From contig OX597818.1 of NCBI GenBank assembly GCA_951406725.2, positions 116,994,001 to 117,058,000 of the forward strand: a stretch of 64,000 bases of DNA, in the 5' to 3' direction. The notes under the pieces are model-generated. The model worked only from the letters and a program-made list of their open reading frames with translations. It was not told the DNA's origin and ran no database searches. Each line of letters starts with the position of its first letter. The first letter of the stretch is position 1. A program made the position numbers and the translations under genes. Positions 41,647 through 55,063 of the stretch are shown here, piece after piece. This DNA comes from Octopus vulgaris (Eukaryota).

Positions 41647-42154
41647 CCGTAAATCCGCATTTTCCCCAAATTTTAAAGGTCAAAATCCTTAGTGCGTTCT
41701 ATATACGAGGTTAAAAATTTAAAAAATATTTTCTAAGCAACGTTCGAGTCTCTATTTGCTGTCCGACAATGGTTATTCAGACGCATTTTGTGATGTCGGG
41801 CGCGAAAATACCTTAAGCTAAGCCTGAAAGAAATGAAGTCATAAAAGAATCATCCATAACTTGCAGTAAGCAACATTTATTAAACGTTATTACTGTTATT
41901 ACTGTTATTTCTTTACTTTCTGCAAACAAAATGCACAAAAAAGCTACACGTTTGCATTATGGTATATCTACAATAATAATAAAGGACGTTACCGTATACA
42001 TTTTTACAAACTAACGACGTTATATAGACTTCCTTGACTCAAGTTAGAGAAGGGGTGCGTATTATACACAAGGTTTAGGTTTTTCAGGGGTACAGCCCCC
42101 TAAAAATCCCCTGCGTATTATACTCAAGGGCGGACTATACTCGAGGATTTACGG
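41647..42154. mobile_element. MITE (Tc1/pogo-like, TA TSD)
   Basis: ta-ccgtaaatcc ... ggatttacgg-ta; subterminal gcgtattata repeats. Confidence 0.8.
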
Positions 42155-42388
42155 TAATTCGATAACGAGTTAGGCACCTAACTTTTGGAAACAGATGACA
42201 TGAAACCGATTAGATTAAGGTTCTTCATAATTTGTTCCGTTGTGACCATAATTTTTGCTTACAAACATTTCAGACGGCGTTGTCACAACTGGAAAATTCC
42301 CATTGAACGTTTACTCAATTTGGGTACGACTGTTAGAAACACAAAAACATAAATATCTTCCTAAGGATATTCTCAGCCTCTGAAGGTT

Positions 42389-42918
42389 TTGGGTTGTCCG
42401 GAAAGTTCGTGCCGATTTTTAAAGGAAAGAAAAAGGTCAATAAATACTTGCCATTATATTATTAATCAGCCAAATATGAACCATTATGTTGCACAATGCG
42501 TCTCTATCTTTCCTTTAACTTGAAAATACCCTCTTCCCAGAGTTGAGGGTTTTCATGGCAAAGAATTCATCAAGGTATCTTTTTATGTCATCCAAGGAAT
42601 TGAAATTTTTACCATTAAGACTATTCTGCAGAATAAGTGGAAATCCGAAGGAGCAATATCTGGTGGATATGGAGGGTGGGGAAACACATCCCAGCCAGCT
42701 GCAGCAATATTTGTCTGGTTCCCAAAGCATCAAGTGCCGAAAATGAATTTTCTTATCTTCCATTTTAAAGGGTTACAAAATTAACACAGGATATAGGAAC
42801 AAAAACTTTGCTCTAAATGGAGGTGTAGTCAAATCCTATTTTATGGACTCAGCCATGTTCTAAAATAAATCGAAAGGTAACCTACTATAAATTGGCACGA
42901 ACTTTCCAGACAACTCAA
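42389..42918 (-). mobile_element. Internally deleted mariner
   Basis: TIRs ttgggttgtccggaaagttcgtgccgattt and aattggcacgaactttccagacaactcaa; MEDKKIHFRHLMLWE is fused to LGWDVFPHPPYPPDIAPSDFHLF..LQNSLNGKNF. Confidence 0.92.
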
Positions 42919-43249
42919 TATTTTAAACTATTAACTATTATAATCACGACCACCTCAAACAAGAGTTTTTTTTTCCCCTATGCACCCACGTCTTGCAGGT
43001 TCTTTTTATTTTAGCTTATTTTTTATTTTTGTGTAACCTATGGCACTCCAGATATTTAGAACTTTCAATGAAACAAAGTCACGATAATTCAATATAGAAA
43101 TAGATTTTTAGAAAGCAAAAAATTCTCGATGCCGTAATTAGTATTTCGTTATCTCACTGTGGATTATATGTTCTGCTCTATGATAACGAAGAGGATGATT
43201 TAGGCGTTTTATTTAACATTTGCAAGAAAATAGAAATATTCTCTTTTTT

Positions 43250-43474
43250 TCTTTCTTTTATTTGTTACAGTCATTTGACTGCGGCCATGCTAGAGCCTCG
43301 CCTTTAGTCGAACAAATAGACCCCAGAGCTTATTCTAATAAGGTGATGAGCTGGTCATGCCAGACAACATAGACCCCAGTACTTATTCTATTCGTCTCTT
43401 TTGCCGAATCGCTAAGTTACGCGGTTGTAGACACACCAGCATCTGTTGTCAAGCGATGTTTGGGGGACAAACAC

Positions 43475-43553
<79 letters not shown>

Positions 43554-43727
43554 TAATATACGGCGGGCGTCTTTCAGTTTCCGTCTACCAAATCCATTCA
43601 CAAGGCTTTGGTCGGCCCAAGGCTATAGTAGAAGATATTTGCCCAAGGTGTCACGCAGTGGGTGGGACTGAAGCCATGACCATGTGGTTGGTAATCAACC
43701 TACTTACCTCACAGCCACTCCTGCACC
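43250..43727 (-). mobile_element. SINE family A
   Basis: Colinear with other family A copies, with a small internal duplication. Confidence 0.85.
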
Positions 43728-43922
43728 CATTCAATATGATTAGATATTCTTTCTGTTGCTTTATCTTTTTATCTAGTTAGCAAGTTTCCTGATGTGAATT
43801 CCTGTGTGGAAACAAACCTTGTGTCTTGGAAGGGTTATTACACCAATACAAATAACACTAGCACAGGTTCAATATCACCTCTTCCTTATTAGTCAGTTGT
43901 TTAAATATCTAACGAATTAACT

Positions 43923-44040
43923 AAATTTTGTGGGAGGGAGCCAGTCGATTAGATTGACCCCAGTAGACACCTGTTACTTAATTTATCGACTCCGTAAGGA
44001 TGAAAGGCAAATCGACCTCGGCGGAATTTGAACTCAGAAG
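43923..44040 (-). mobile_element. SINE family B fragment
   Basis: Core motif on the minus strand. Confidence 0.8.
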
Positions 44041-45739
44041 ACAAAAGATTACATCCGCTACAGGGAGACCATAACATAAAAAGGTTTTGTATAGAAAAGA
44101 GAAAGAGTAACGTATAAACATTTATTGAATGAAATGAATTCACCGTAATTTTAGAAATAGTAAAACGAATTTGGTGATGGCCCACATACGTTATATTTAA
44201 GAAGATCGCGATACATCCATGTCGGAAGGCGTTTCCTGAAACGTGTATACTCCGGTTGGACTGACCTAAAAATAAGCAATAATATAAACAACGGCAACTT
44301 TACAGAATATTTCGTAGCATCAAATCGTCACGATTTAAACGTGGCTCTTCAAATCCTCGAACTTGAGATCATGGATTTAAATCCTGGATGGGAAGGTGTT
44401 GTGTTCTTGGACAAAACGTCTCATCTCACGTCGTTCTGTGAATCACTTCGACATCTGACGTGCGATAGACTGTGTAACCTCTTCAGGCAACGCCAGCTTG
44501 ATGGAACGAATGAACTAATGGACAGTACAAATAGTTGATCGCTAAAAACAGATCATTTATGCAGGTTGACCTGCAAGGAACTGTAGAACCATCTTCCTCA
44601 GACTGCGAGAGACTACGATCCTCATCTCTTGGTAATCAAAATAAGAGCGATATTCTGCGGTCAAGTCATTAACTGGATAATCTCTTCAATAGATAATTTA
44701 CCTCGTATACAAAGAACGAAACAAATAAAACAGCAACCAATACTGTCCGTTTTATTTTCTGCGCTGTTATTTATATCTGGCTTATATCTTTGCTTTCATG
44801 CATTTATGTTTGTCTTCATACTATCTCTTTATATATTTATATAAAGTTTTGTTTCGGTGGACATTTGTGAAAGCTTTTATTTTTTTTGTCGCATCATATA
44901 TGATACATTTGCTATTTTGATTTTTCTGTTAATGTTTTACTATATACAGGCTAGTTGCTTTGTTACCTGGCTTTTTATGACTTAATGCCAGCTTTTCCTG
45001 TTGTCACTTGAGTTGCTATCGACAATAGCTGGTATCCACGATTATTAATTTATGTTACATTGATATTACTATACGTATGCCGTTTATTACATTAACTTTT
45101 CTCTGTCTCTTTGTAAAAGCTAGTTTTGTTATGATGTTCAAAGCTTAAGAGGTATTATCTGCATGTATTAGATTGGTTGTTTTTTTAATTTGCAATATAT
45201 TTTCATACTTTACATTAAAGATAGGTTAGTATAGCAACAGACTTGAGGTTCTAGGTTTTGTTACCTGAATTTCTTTGTTCTGCTATAGTTCTCTCTAAAT
45301 AGGGGCTTCCCAGTCATGTTATCCAATCATCTTTACAACCACGCTGTCTTGTAGCATGCTCAGGGTGCCATGCTCTTTGACATCCTGCCTGTCAAAGTAT
45401 TCTTTCTGCTTCATTTCTGCATGTATATTCTGTGTACAACCTGTCATGACGCGTGGGGTGCTATGTCGTGTTCATTGAAATCTGAGGCGTGCAGTAGAAT
45501 TGTTGGGTGTACCTGTCATAATCGTGGGTTATGACAAAGGCCGACACTTCATGGCTGTCATCATCCATGATTAAAATGGCTTATGTACTCAATACTATTG
45601 TTGTTTAATAATCTTGTTCAAATGTGGTATCTGTGATTGGTACAGTTTTGATTTTGGTTTCTTTCTCTGCTTTTCTTATGCACTAACTATACAAATCCTG
45701 GCCCAAGACCGTACCAAGTGGCGGTATTTCATCAACATA

Positions 45740-45980
45740 AGGCGATGAGCTGGCAGAAACGTTAGCGCGCCGGACGAAATGCTTAGCGGTATTGCGTCTA
45801 CCGCTACGTTCTAGGTTCAAATTCCGCCGAGGTCGACTTTGCCTTTCATCCTTTCGTGGTCGATTAAATAAGTACCAGTTGCGCACTGGGGTCGATGTAA
45901 TCGACTTGATCCGTGTGTCTCTCCTTGTTTGTCCCCTCTGTGTTTGGCCCCTTGTGGGTAGTAAAGAAATAGGTATTTCA
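45740..45980 (+). mobile_element. SINE family B monomer with 17-bp flanking repeat
   Basis: ggtatttcatcaacata at 45723-45739 and 45972-45988. Confidence 0.9.
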
Positions 45981-46635
45981 TCAACATAGGAATTAAACAT
46001 TTTCGAAGCCACCAGATATGTCACTTTTCCTCTGTCTTTTCATTTAAATCCTGAAAAAATATATATGTGTGTGTGTGTTGTGTGTTTATGTAGGTAGCGT
46101 GTTTGTGTGTGTTTGTATGACTCTGTGTGTGTGTGTTCGTATGACTCTGTGAGTGTGTGTGCGCGCGCGCGTGTGTGCATGTATGTAGTATATTGCTATT
46201 ATCAGATCAGTGTAAGAATGTCGATTCTGAGAGTTTTGCTTCATATCAATTTTTGCTGATTTATCGTGTTTTCCTAAGCAACATTTTTTATAGAAATAAA
46301 TTACTATTAACGCACATAGCGTTATTATCTGAGTCTCTATCTAATTAAAATTACTAATTAAAAAGTAACTACACTAGCTTTTATAAATCCTACAGCGCTT
46401 GTAGATGTGTTTTTCTGTGCAGCGCATCATATCAACTCAGGTGAAGTAGCTGAATGCTTAATCAATGATACTCAGTTTTTAAAATTTTCTTTTATATATT
46501 CATGTTTAATAGAAGTAAGTAGTCCAATGGAAATTTGAGTGTAATTGCTAAGATATGAACTAACCGCATAAGGGAAAATTGCTTGATTCTGGCATGCAAT
46601 GGATAGCAACCTTAGCTGTTTCAGGCGACCTTGAA

Positions 46636-47022
46636 CCGGGCGAAATGTCTAGCGGTATTTCGTCTGCCGTTACGTTCTGAGTTCAAATTCTGCCGAGGTA
46701 CACTTTGCCTTTCATCCTTTCGGGGTAGATAAATTAAGTACCAGTTACGCACTGGGGTCGATGTAATCGACTTAATCCGTTTGTCTGTCCTTGTTTGTCC
46801 CCTCTGTGTTTAGCACCTTGTGGGAAGTAAAAAATAGGTATTTCATCTGCCGCCACGTTCTGAGTTCAAATTCCGCCGAGGTCGACTTTGTCTTTCATCC
46901 TTTCGGGGTCGATTATGTAAGTACCAGTTATGCACTGGGGTCGATATAATCGACTTAATCCGCTTGTCTGTCCTTGTTTGTCCCCTCTGTGTTTAGCTCC
47001 TTGTGGGTAGTAAAGAAATAGA
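46636..47022 (+). mobile_element. SINE family B dimer, 5' truncated
   Basis: Two cores. Confidence 0.9.
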
Positions 47023-47749
47023 TATGTAGCATGCCTTGTTTCAGTGTAAAACTTTATGCAGGTAGCATTCTAGAGAAAATAGCTGACAGAGGTTGTGTAC
47101 AAAGTATGATGTATGTTGTCGGCGGGGAAACCAATAGGAGGTGATTCGAGTACATTGATCTATTTTAGTTGGTGTAGGTAGATTGTTGGACACTTCAAAG
47201 AAGCAAAATATTGTAGTATAGATATATTTGATAATTTCCTTTCAACATCCTTTTCCCCAATATATTTTCATTGACTAGACCTTTTCTTCGTGTAATTTAT
47301 AAATATTTAATTTTCTTATGAATTGTATGTCGTTAATATTTAATGCATACATTTTAGTTATGTATTCGTCTCCACATTGTCTCAATACAAAGGCTAGCTC
47401 ATTTTCTCCTTCTAAACAAGTTTTTCGAGAACAATATTTTAAACTAGGACAGAGTATATGAATTACGTTATTTTTAGAATTTTCTGGTACTAAAAGACAC
47501 TTTAAATATTCTATGCCTCGCGTATATAATATTTGTTGTCGTCTATTGTGGTCTTGTTTTATTACTTTTTCTCCATCCTGACTATATATATATAACTTAT
47601 TCATTCTTGCATTATTCAAGCAATTTCTTAACTTATGTTTATATAGTTTTACATTTTAGCACAATAATGTACCATAAGAGGTAGCACACAAATTTTCAGA
47701 TGATCGAAATAGGTCAATGTGTTGATTCTATAATGTTAAAATAACATTT

Positions 47750-48423
47750 GGATCTTTACCTTTTGACCTACAGATTTTAAAATAATTTTTTGTAACTAAA
47801 CACTTTCAAACTTCGGACACTGGTAGAATGTGTCATATAAAACATCTTTTACTCTTAGCATTTTTGAGAAAAAAACTTATATTTACGAAGTTATTTCACG
47901 TTAAAGTTGTAGTATTTGGATAATTTCAACCAATCAATGACGTGTATTCAGCTGAATAAAATTACTGCTGTGGTTTGTCAACAACAACTATCAGTGGTGT
48001 ATGTTTCGTTTGTCAATGTTATTTATGACATCGTTCGTGCATTTGTACTGGATTTAGCTTTAAGGTTTTAGGGTTAGGTTTTCAGGGTTAGGGTTAGGTT
48101 TTTAAGGTTTGGGTCTTAGGGTCACGTTTTGGGTTTTAGGGTTAAGGTTTTAGTGTTAAGATCAGGCGAAAAATATACCGCCGGAAGTTGTTATTGACAA
48201 ACAATGGCAGTAATTTTATTTAGCTGAATACACGTTATTGATTGGTTAAAATTACCGAAATACGACAACTTTAACACGAAATAACTTCGTAAATAAAAAC
48301 CTTTCTCAAAAAGACTAAGAGTAAAAGATGTTTTATATGACACATTCTACCATTGTCCGAAGTTTGAAAGTGTTTAGTTACAAAAAATTATTTTTTTAAT
48401 CTGTAGGTCAAAAGGCAAAATCC
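47750..48423. mobile_element. Long-TIR foldback/MITE with internal degenerate TTAGGG repeats
   Basis: About 260-bp imperfect TIRs at 47750-48012 and 48162-48423; GG..CC termini; 8-bp TSD taacattt/tagcattt. Confidence 0.85.
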
Positions 48424-48725
48424 TAGCATTTCTCTTTTAGGTGATTGAGAATCATCAATAATTCGAAGTTCAAAATTAACTAACAATAATGTGCTTTTTA
48501 ACTGAAATCATTCCTACGTCTTTCAAAAATACACTTATAAAAAATGATTTATGTCACTGTAACAAATATTTAATGAACGCAAAATGCTTTCCTCGTGGCA
48601 CATATATAAAACCCTTATTCAAATAATCTTCTTCGATTCTTTTCGTCAATGACTTCTATTTTCCTCTGTAATATTTAGCATTCTGTTGCCTAGGAATCGT
48701 AACAATTGTTCTTATAAAATGTACT

Positions 48726-48925
48726 AGGAGTGGCTATGTGGTACGTAGCTTGCTTACCAACCACACTGTTCCGGGTTCAGTCTCACTGCGTGGCACCTTG
48801 GACAAGTGTCTTCTACTATACCCTTGGGCCGACCAAAGCCTTGTGAATGGATTTGGTAGACGGAAACTGAAAGAAGCCAGTCGTATATATATGTATATAT
48901 ATGTCTGTATATATATATATGTGTG
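48726..48925 (+). mobile_element. SINE family A, 5' half
   Basis: Head and body ending in the internal TA tract. Confidence 0.85.
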
Positions 48926-48979
<54 letters not shown>

Positions 48980-49004
48980 CCTTTTGGACTATTACCAATT
49001 TGGT

Positions 49005-49917
49005 AATAGTACAATGGATAGAGATCTGGTGAATTAGGTAACTAAAAAGTTAGGGATTATGTGTTCATGAAAATTTTCAGCCATCTATTTCTGTGTTACT
49101 AGAGCCATGTGTGATAGTGCAGAGTCCTATTGAAACACATATGACCTTCCATTGTATACACTGTCTATACAAGGCATAACAATTATTTCCAGGATCTCAA
49201 TGTAAAAGTTAACCCTAAGGTCTTGTGGAAAGAAGTAAGGAGGCATCACATGTCCTGCATTGCTGACACCCCCTAAAATCATGATAGTTGCAGGAAATTT
49301 TGTATGCATAACACTTGGAACTTCAGAAGAGATTGCACATAACCATCTGTCATTTCTTCTGTTAACATTTTTTCTCGTTTGAGAAAAAAACAAATCAAAT
49401 CTTCTTCTGCTGGAATTTTCAGTTTGCTTAAGAGCCTTTTAGATCTGATGCAGTGATTTTCTTTTGCTTTTTCTGACAAATTGACTTTTCATCATCATCT
49501 AAGACAACATTTCCGACTGTTTCTTCTGACAAATGGAGATTCTTTGCAATTGACCTCATGGACTTTCTGAGATTGTGATCAATGGTTTGTTGAACTTGTT
49601 GGATAAATTCAAGTGTTCTGATGATTTCAGAGCGTTTAGAATGCTTTTTATGTTTTTTATACTTGTGATACGTTCGAACTTCAGTCTCTACCTCCTTACA
49701 AGCTTTGCACAGGAAAGATCTGGCAACTTTCAAAAATTGTGATGTTTCTAAATCGCTATGCTCAGCCTTTATAACCACAATAACAGCATGCCTCTCCATT
49801 TCTTGTGTAAGCTGTGGGTCTGCTATTATAATTTCCTGAAACAAGGATTATACAGAGTTAGCAAAAAATGCAGAAACGACTGAAAAAAGGCATGTCCTCA
49901 AATACCTTTAGCACCCA
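49005..49917 (-). mobile_element. Decayed Tc1/maT (DD37D-like) transposase
   Basis: ORF pieces RHAVIVVIKAEHS..KSMRSIAKNLHLSE, NRRNDRWLC..TKFPATIMILGGVS..PPYFFP and YVFQ*DSA, with frameshifts and stops. Confidence 0.9.
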
Positions 49918-50088
49918 CTCTCTCTCTCTCACTCTCTCTCTCTCTCTATCTCTCTCTATCTATATATATATATATATGATTATATACATACATGACTGCG
50001 TGTTTTGAAAATGCGAGTGTGGTTTTTAGACGAAGACTATCTCAGTGAAATGAGTAAACATATTGTTTACAGTGTAACCTACAAGGAA

Positions 50089-50167
<79 letters not shown>

Positions 50168-50924
50168 TTTATACATGTGCTCGTGTCTATGTATTAGTAA
50201 GATTGTGCGTGTGTGTGTTTGTGTATGTGTATAATGCTACATTATTAATAAATCATTCATTTTTTTTTACGCTGTATTCTTCACCAAGACTTTTGATAAA
50301 TGATCTTTTACGATCACAATGAAAAAGAAGTGTTACATTTGACGTCATATGATCTTATGTGTCAGATTATATCTATTTTTGCTTTCAAATTTTACACAAT
50401 ATTTTTTTTCGACTGCGTTGACGTTTTTAGATATATTCGGTTTGTAAGGTTCATATATTTTTTTTTTATTTTCAGTATCACTAAGAATCTTTGTTATGAT
50501 TTCTATTTGACACAGTCACATTTTAACCATATTGGACGTCTGAAATATTCGCAATATCCCTACCTGATAAATATTATTTCACCCTTCGTGACCTTGTATT
50601 TATAGAAATGAGCCGTGGAACTATTGAATAATATTATATTAATAGTTTATCAAATGCGATTATTATAAGACTTCACTGAAATTTAATGAGTTATGTGTAT
50701 AAGCGATACAAATACAACTTCTTCGTGGATTAAAACACTGATGATCTATAATCGATTATTCTACATTTATTTACTTTTATTTCGCTCTCATCAGAGATAT
50801 CAATATCATTGTACCAGTTGCATAGAAATAAAAAGGCAATCTGTTTATATAGACAATAAATCCAGTAGCTTCAAAGAAAAGGGGCTACTAATTTGCATAT
50901 CATAAGTTTTGAACGCATTAATTA

Positions 50925-51163
50925 ATACCTATTTGGTTACTACCCACAAAGGGCTAAAGATAGAGAGGACAAACAAGGACAGACAAACGGATTAAGTCGA
51001 TTACATCGACCCCATTGCGTAACTGGTACTTAATTTATCCACCCCGAAAGGATGAGAGGCAAAGTCGACTTCGGCGGAATTTGAACTCAGAACCCTAGCG
51101 GCAGACAAAATACGGCTACGCATGTCGCCCGGCGTGCTAACGTTTCTGCCAGCTCGCCGCTTT
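50925..51163 (-). mobile_element. SINE family B monomer with TSD
   Basis: cgcattaattaatacc at 50914-50929 and 51164-51179. Confidence 0.9.
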
Positions 51164-51652
51164 CGCATTAATTAATACCAGTGACTTGGAAGGTTATAGC
51201 AGTTATATTTTCGGCAGAACCATGGTATACTAAATGGTATCTTTTTGGAATAGTAATTATAGATACGGCTTAATTAGTACCACAATATATGCTATTAGTA
51301 CTTTATGATTGCTGTCCATATTATATGCATTTGACTCATAGCATAAACGTTTACAGTGAAGTTATTCATTTCCTAGTAATTTATAAAGTACCTTCTGATA
51401 TTGTTTCTGAACATCTGTGCCGTTATATATAATTGCTGCTCACGATATCGTAGCTTGCCATATACTACTTTTCTAAACTTAATCTGAAGCCTAATGCCTA
51501 TGTGAATTTAATAGAAGTAACTTCTTTGCTGAAACAACACGCGAACACATACACTTCTCCCTTTTCATCTGCGCTTACGTGTAAGTGTATGCATTTGAAA
51601 GAATATTATCTGTTTTACTGTCAGCGTGTGCATATATACATATATGCATATA

Positions 51653-51705
<53 letters not shown>

Positions 51706-51913
51706 GTATATATATACATATATGTATATATATATATGTATATATATATGTATATATATATGTATATATATGTATATATATATATATGCATATACATATG
51801 TATATATATATATGTAATATATATATATGTATATATATATATACATATATATATATGTATATATATATATGTATATATATATATGTGTGTGTGTGTGTGT
51901 GCGTGTGTATGTG

Positions 51914-51944
<31 letters not shown>

Positions 51945-53279
51945 ATGTGTGTGTGTGTGTGTGTGTGTGTTTGTATGCATGTGTGTGTGTGTATGCATAT
52001 ATATGCATACCAGTTTCAGAAGTTATTTATAAAAGATTGCAATTAGGAATATTCTTCGTGCTGCGGATATATATTCTCTCCTGTCTTAGGAAGTATTTGA
52101 CATACAACAAGAGTACTTAATTAAATGTGAACCATTTTCGCAAATGTCAGAAACGCAGACTTAAAAATATGAAATATTAAATACAAACTCTTATATTTCT
52201 GAATACTAATATACCTTCATTATAATATGCTTTGACTTGAGTTTTCTGCTTTTTATCATAAACTGGATTCCTTTTATTTTATTACGTTGTAGGCGTCCGA
52301 CATTAAGTCTCGTACTACTATGTGTTAATTTTAAATACATTGATATCAAACGGATTATATTTAGTCTTGGGTAACACCAAAAACGAGGTGGATTTTATAT
52401 GTTTGCTGCAAATCGCCTATACGATAACAAATGCTTTCAGCCAGTGAATTTTATTGGTGTTTTCAATTTCAAGATACCTTAATGTTTTTGGAAATGTCAC
52501 GTGATAGGAGGTTACATGATGAATTTATTTAAATTAAGGAACTAAAACATGAATAAAATAGACTTACTCTTAGAATTTAGTGGCAGCAAACTGAAGATGA
52601 CATCAGCATACTCTACTGAGTAACCTGATGTCATCTGGGAACTATTCCTGAAACCAAAAATAAAGTGGACAGGGACTTGTCAATCATAAATTTGCAATTA
52701 GCTAATCTATATTTGCATTTCAAGAGTATCCCTTTGCACAGAGTATGCATATGCCATCTATGAAACGAACGATCGTGCTTAGATCTTAGAAGTACCTACT
52801 TTTGTGTCCTGCATGGCTTCATATAGAAACTGTCGACTTCTTTACAGTGGTGTCTGAAGTTAACTCTATGTTAAGGCGTTTGATTGACGCGTGAATTTAC
52901 GATGTGGTTTATTACTCAGACATTTAAGGCAGAATGGCCCATTTTGGAACAGTGACAATCAGTAATACACCAATCGGTTATGCTCAATGACAATAATCAC
53001 ATGTGTTTATACAACTAAATATTGCATTGCATATAAAGGAACAAAACACTTTCCAATGAAATATCTTGAGCTTCAGACACAGTGATATCAATATCTTTTC
53101 TCTAGTGGAGGAGGGCGTATGGTGTTGAAAAACCCGAAATGCTCGATGATTCCAGGCACATCGCTGAAAATCCATCCAGAGGCACCAGTCATTGATGTAT
53201 GCACACAATGAAATGTGATTAATTAATGGAGACGATTTAATATATCCAAAACTCAAGAAGAATGTTCACTATTTACATA

Positions 53280-53421
53280 ATTTACATTATCTACATTTGA
53301 CGGATATTTGTCCTCATCTTGTTTGTTGTTAACACAATTTTCGACTGATATACCCTCCAAACTTCATCGGGTGTCTTGGGGAAATTTCGAACCTGGATTC
53401 TCATTCATAATGTATTTTTCG

Positions 53422-53452
<31 letters not shown>

Positions 53453-53554
53453 TATTATTATTCAGGTCTGGAATCGAACGCGGAATCTTGGGGTTAGTAG
53501 CCCGTGCTCTTAACCACTACGCCATATGCCTGTAGTGGTTAGGAGCACGGGCTA

Positions 53555-53617
<63 letters not shown>

Positions 53618-53775
53618 CAACAACAACAACATTGAAAATTACCTTAGGAATGAGAACCCAGGTTCGAAATTTCCCCAAGATACCTGATGAATGTTGGAGG
53701 GTATATCAGCCGAAACATTGCGTTAACAACAAACAAGATGAGGACAAATATCCGTCAAATGTAGATAATGTAAAT
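53280..53775. mobile_element. Inverted-repeat element: tRNA-like head, (AAT)n/(AAC)n tract and HHR-containing body
   Basis: Arms 53280-53520 and 53532-53775 are reverse complements apart from indels; tRNA-like head on the - strand at 53465-53530. Confidence 0.8.
53678..53724 (+). ncRNA. Degenerate type-I HHR motif (mirror copy at about 53331-53377 on -)
   Basis: gatac-CUGAUGA-auguug-gaggguauau-cagcc-GAAA-ca-UU-gcguu; comparing the two arms suggests ancestral stem I gacac/guguu and stem II ggcug/cagcc. Confidence 0.55.
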
Positions 53776-54448
53776 AATGTACATATTTCCTCATCTCTTA
53801 AATATAGAACTGTATCAAGAAAAATGTGTTCAGTGTAATAATTTTCTGAATTACATAATGCCTGTCACTTAACCAAATGACCGTGTAATTAAAGATGTTG
53901 AATAACTTGTGATCCTATTTTATGCTTAGATATGTCTTTCTTATACCTTACAGATTTATGATCAGCGCCTTTTTAACCTCGAAAGTAACAAATTATTGGA
54001 AGGCATTTTCTCAAGTGTTCTTTTGCTCACACGTATATTTAACTAAAACCTTAATATTATTGCAGTCATTGCAACATAGAGGTTATTGACTGAGTAGAAA
54101 TAGGGGAAATAAATTGTATATTTGTTCTTGGCTGATAATATGAATAATGAAATTATCACACGTGGAATAACTCGCTTTCACCTACGCACGTTCACTATGT
54201 GGCTTGAGGAAATTTCAGAATAACTATATAATAATACTAAAGACATGTTCATTAAAATATTTTAATTTTGATCACGATGTTTCTTTGTAAAATATCTCAG
54301 AATGAATATTAAATTTCCGAATAGATTCCCCATAGCTCACTTTCAATATCACTTACAAAAGATGACTGATTCTTGTGTCACGTATTACTGGCGCTTTCTA
54401 GAATTTACACGTAAGATTTTACATAAGATGGTGGAATTTAAAATAATA

Positions 54449-55063
54449 AACAAGAGCACTCAGGGAGCGCGAACCTTCGCCAAAGCAACACCAACGTTCT
54501 CTCAACGATTTGCCAGAGATGCTTTTTAAAATGAGAATATCCGGAAAGGAGGTATTTGTCAGAGGGTGAGTTTAAAAAACGATGGGTGCGCGTAGCACGC
54601 ATGTAGGGAGTGAAAGGCCCTGCCTGACCACGCTTGTGAGACTAACAGTAAGTCGGTGTTAAAGACAGGGCTCGTGGGGTCGGGGCATACCTGTTTCAAA
54701 CACCTCATTTTTTAAATTTATTGTTTGTAATTTGTTGTTTGTAATTTATTGTTTGTAATTTACTGTTTGTAATTTATTGTGTTGTAATTCATTCGACTTC
54801 ATTATGCACGTAAAATGTTATGATAACATCCGTCTGTATGTCACGCCGATCATGTTGCGTTGTCCCCTTTACGTTGGCCCGCATGTGTAATAGAAAAAAA
54901 CCGATCCCAAAATATAATCAGTTCGTGCCAGTCATGAGACCAAACACCCCTGAACGCTTCATTCGAATCCATCCAATAATTATTTAGATATCTTGTCCAC
55001 GGACAAACAAACAAAGGAACATGACTAAAAACAATACCTCGACCGTCGCTAAGACGGAGGTAA
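54449..55063 (-). mobile_element. Helentron-associated / DINE-1-like non-autonomous element
   Basis: Terminal inverted motif tacctc..ccgtc/gacggaggta, adjacent (acaa)n, subterminal aaccttcgcc near aacaagagcact, internal tandem ttattgtttgtaat repeats. Confidence 0.6.

Noticed and set aside
45330-45550. Possible Gypsy integrase-distal relic (KQKEYFDR on minus strand)
   Set aside because: Single short motif with no supporting domains
48058-48160. True telomere or chromosome fusion scar
   Set aside because: Short, degenerate and enclosed by transposon TIRs
53106-53196. Possible small exon (tttctctag|..gat|gtatgc; GGGRMVLKNPKCSMIPGTSLKIHPEAPVID)
   Set aside because: No recognisable homology or partner exons; cannot be supported without RNA-seq
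53465-53530. Functional tRNA gene
   Set aside because: No intact acceptor stem; embedded in a repeat element
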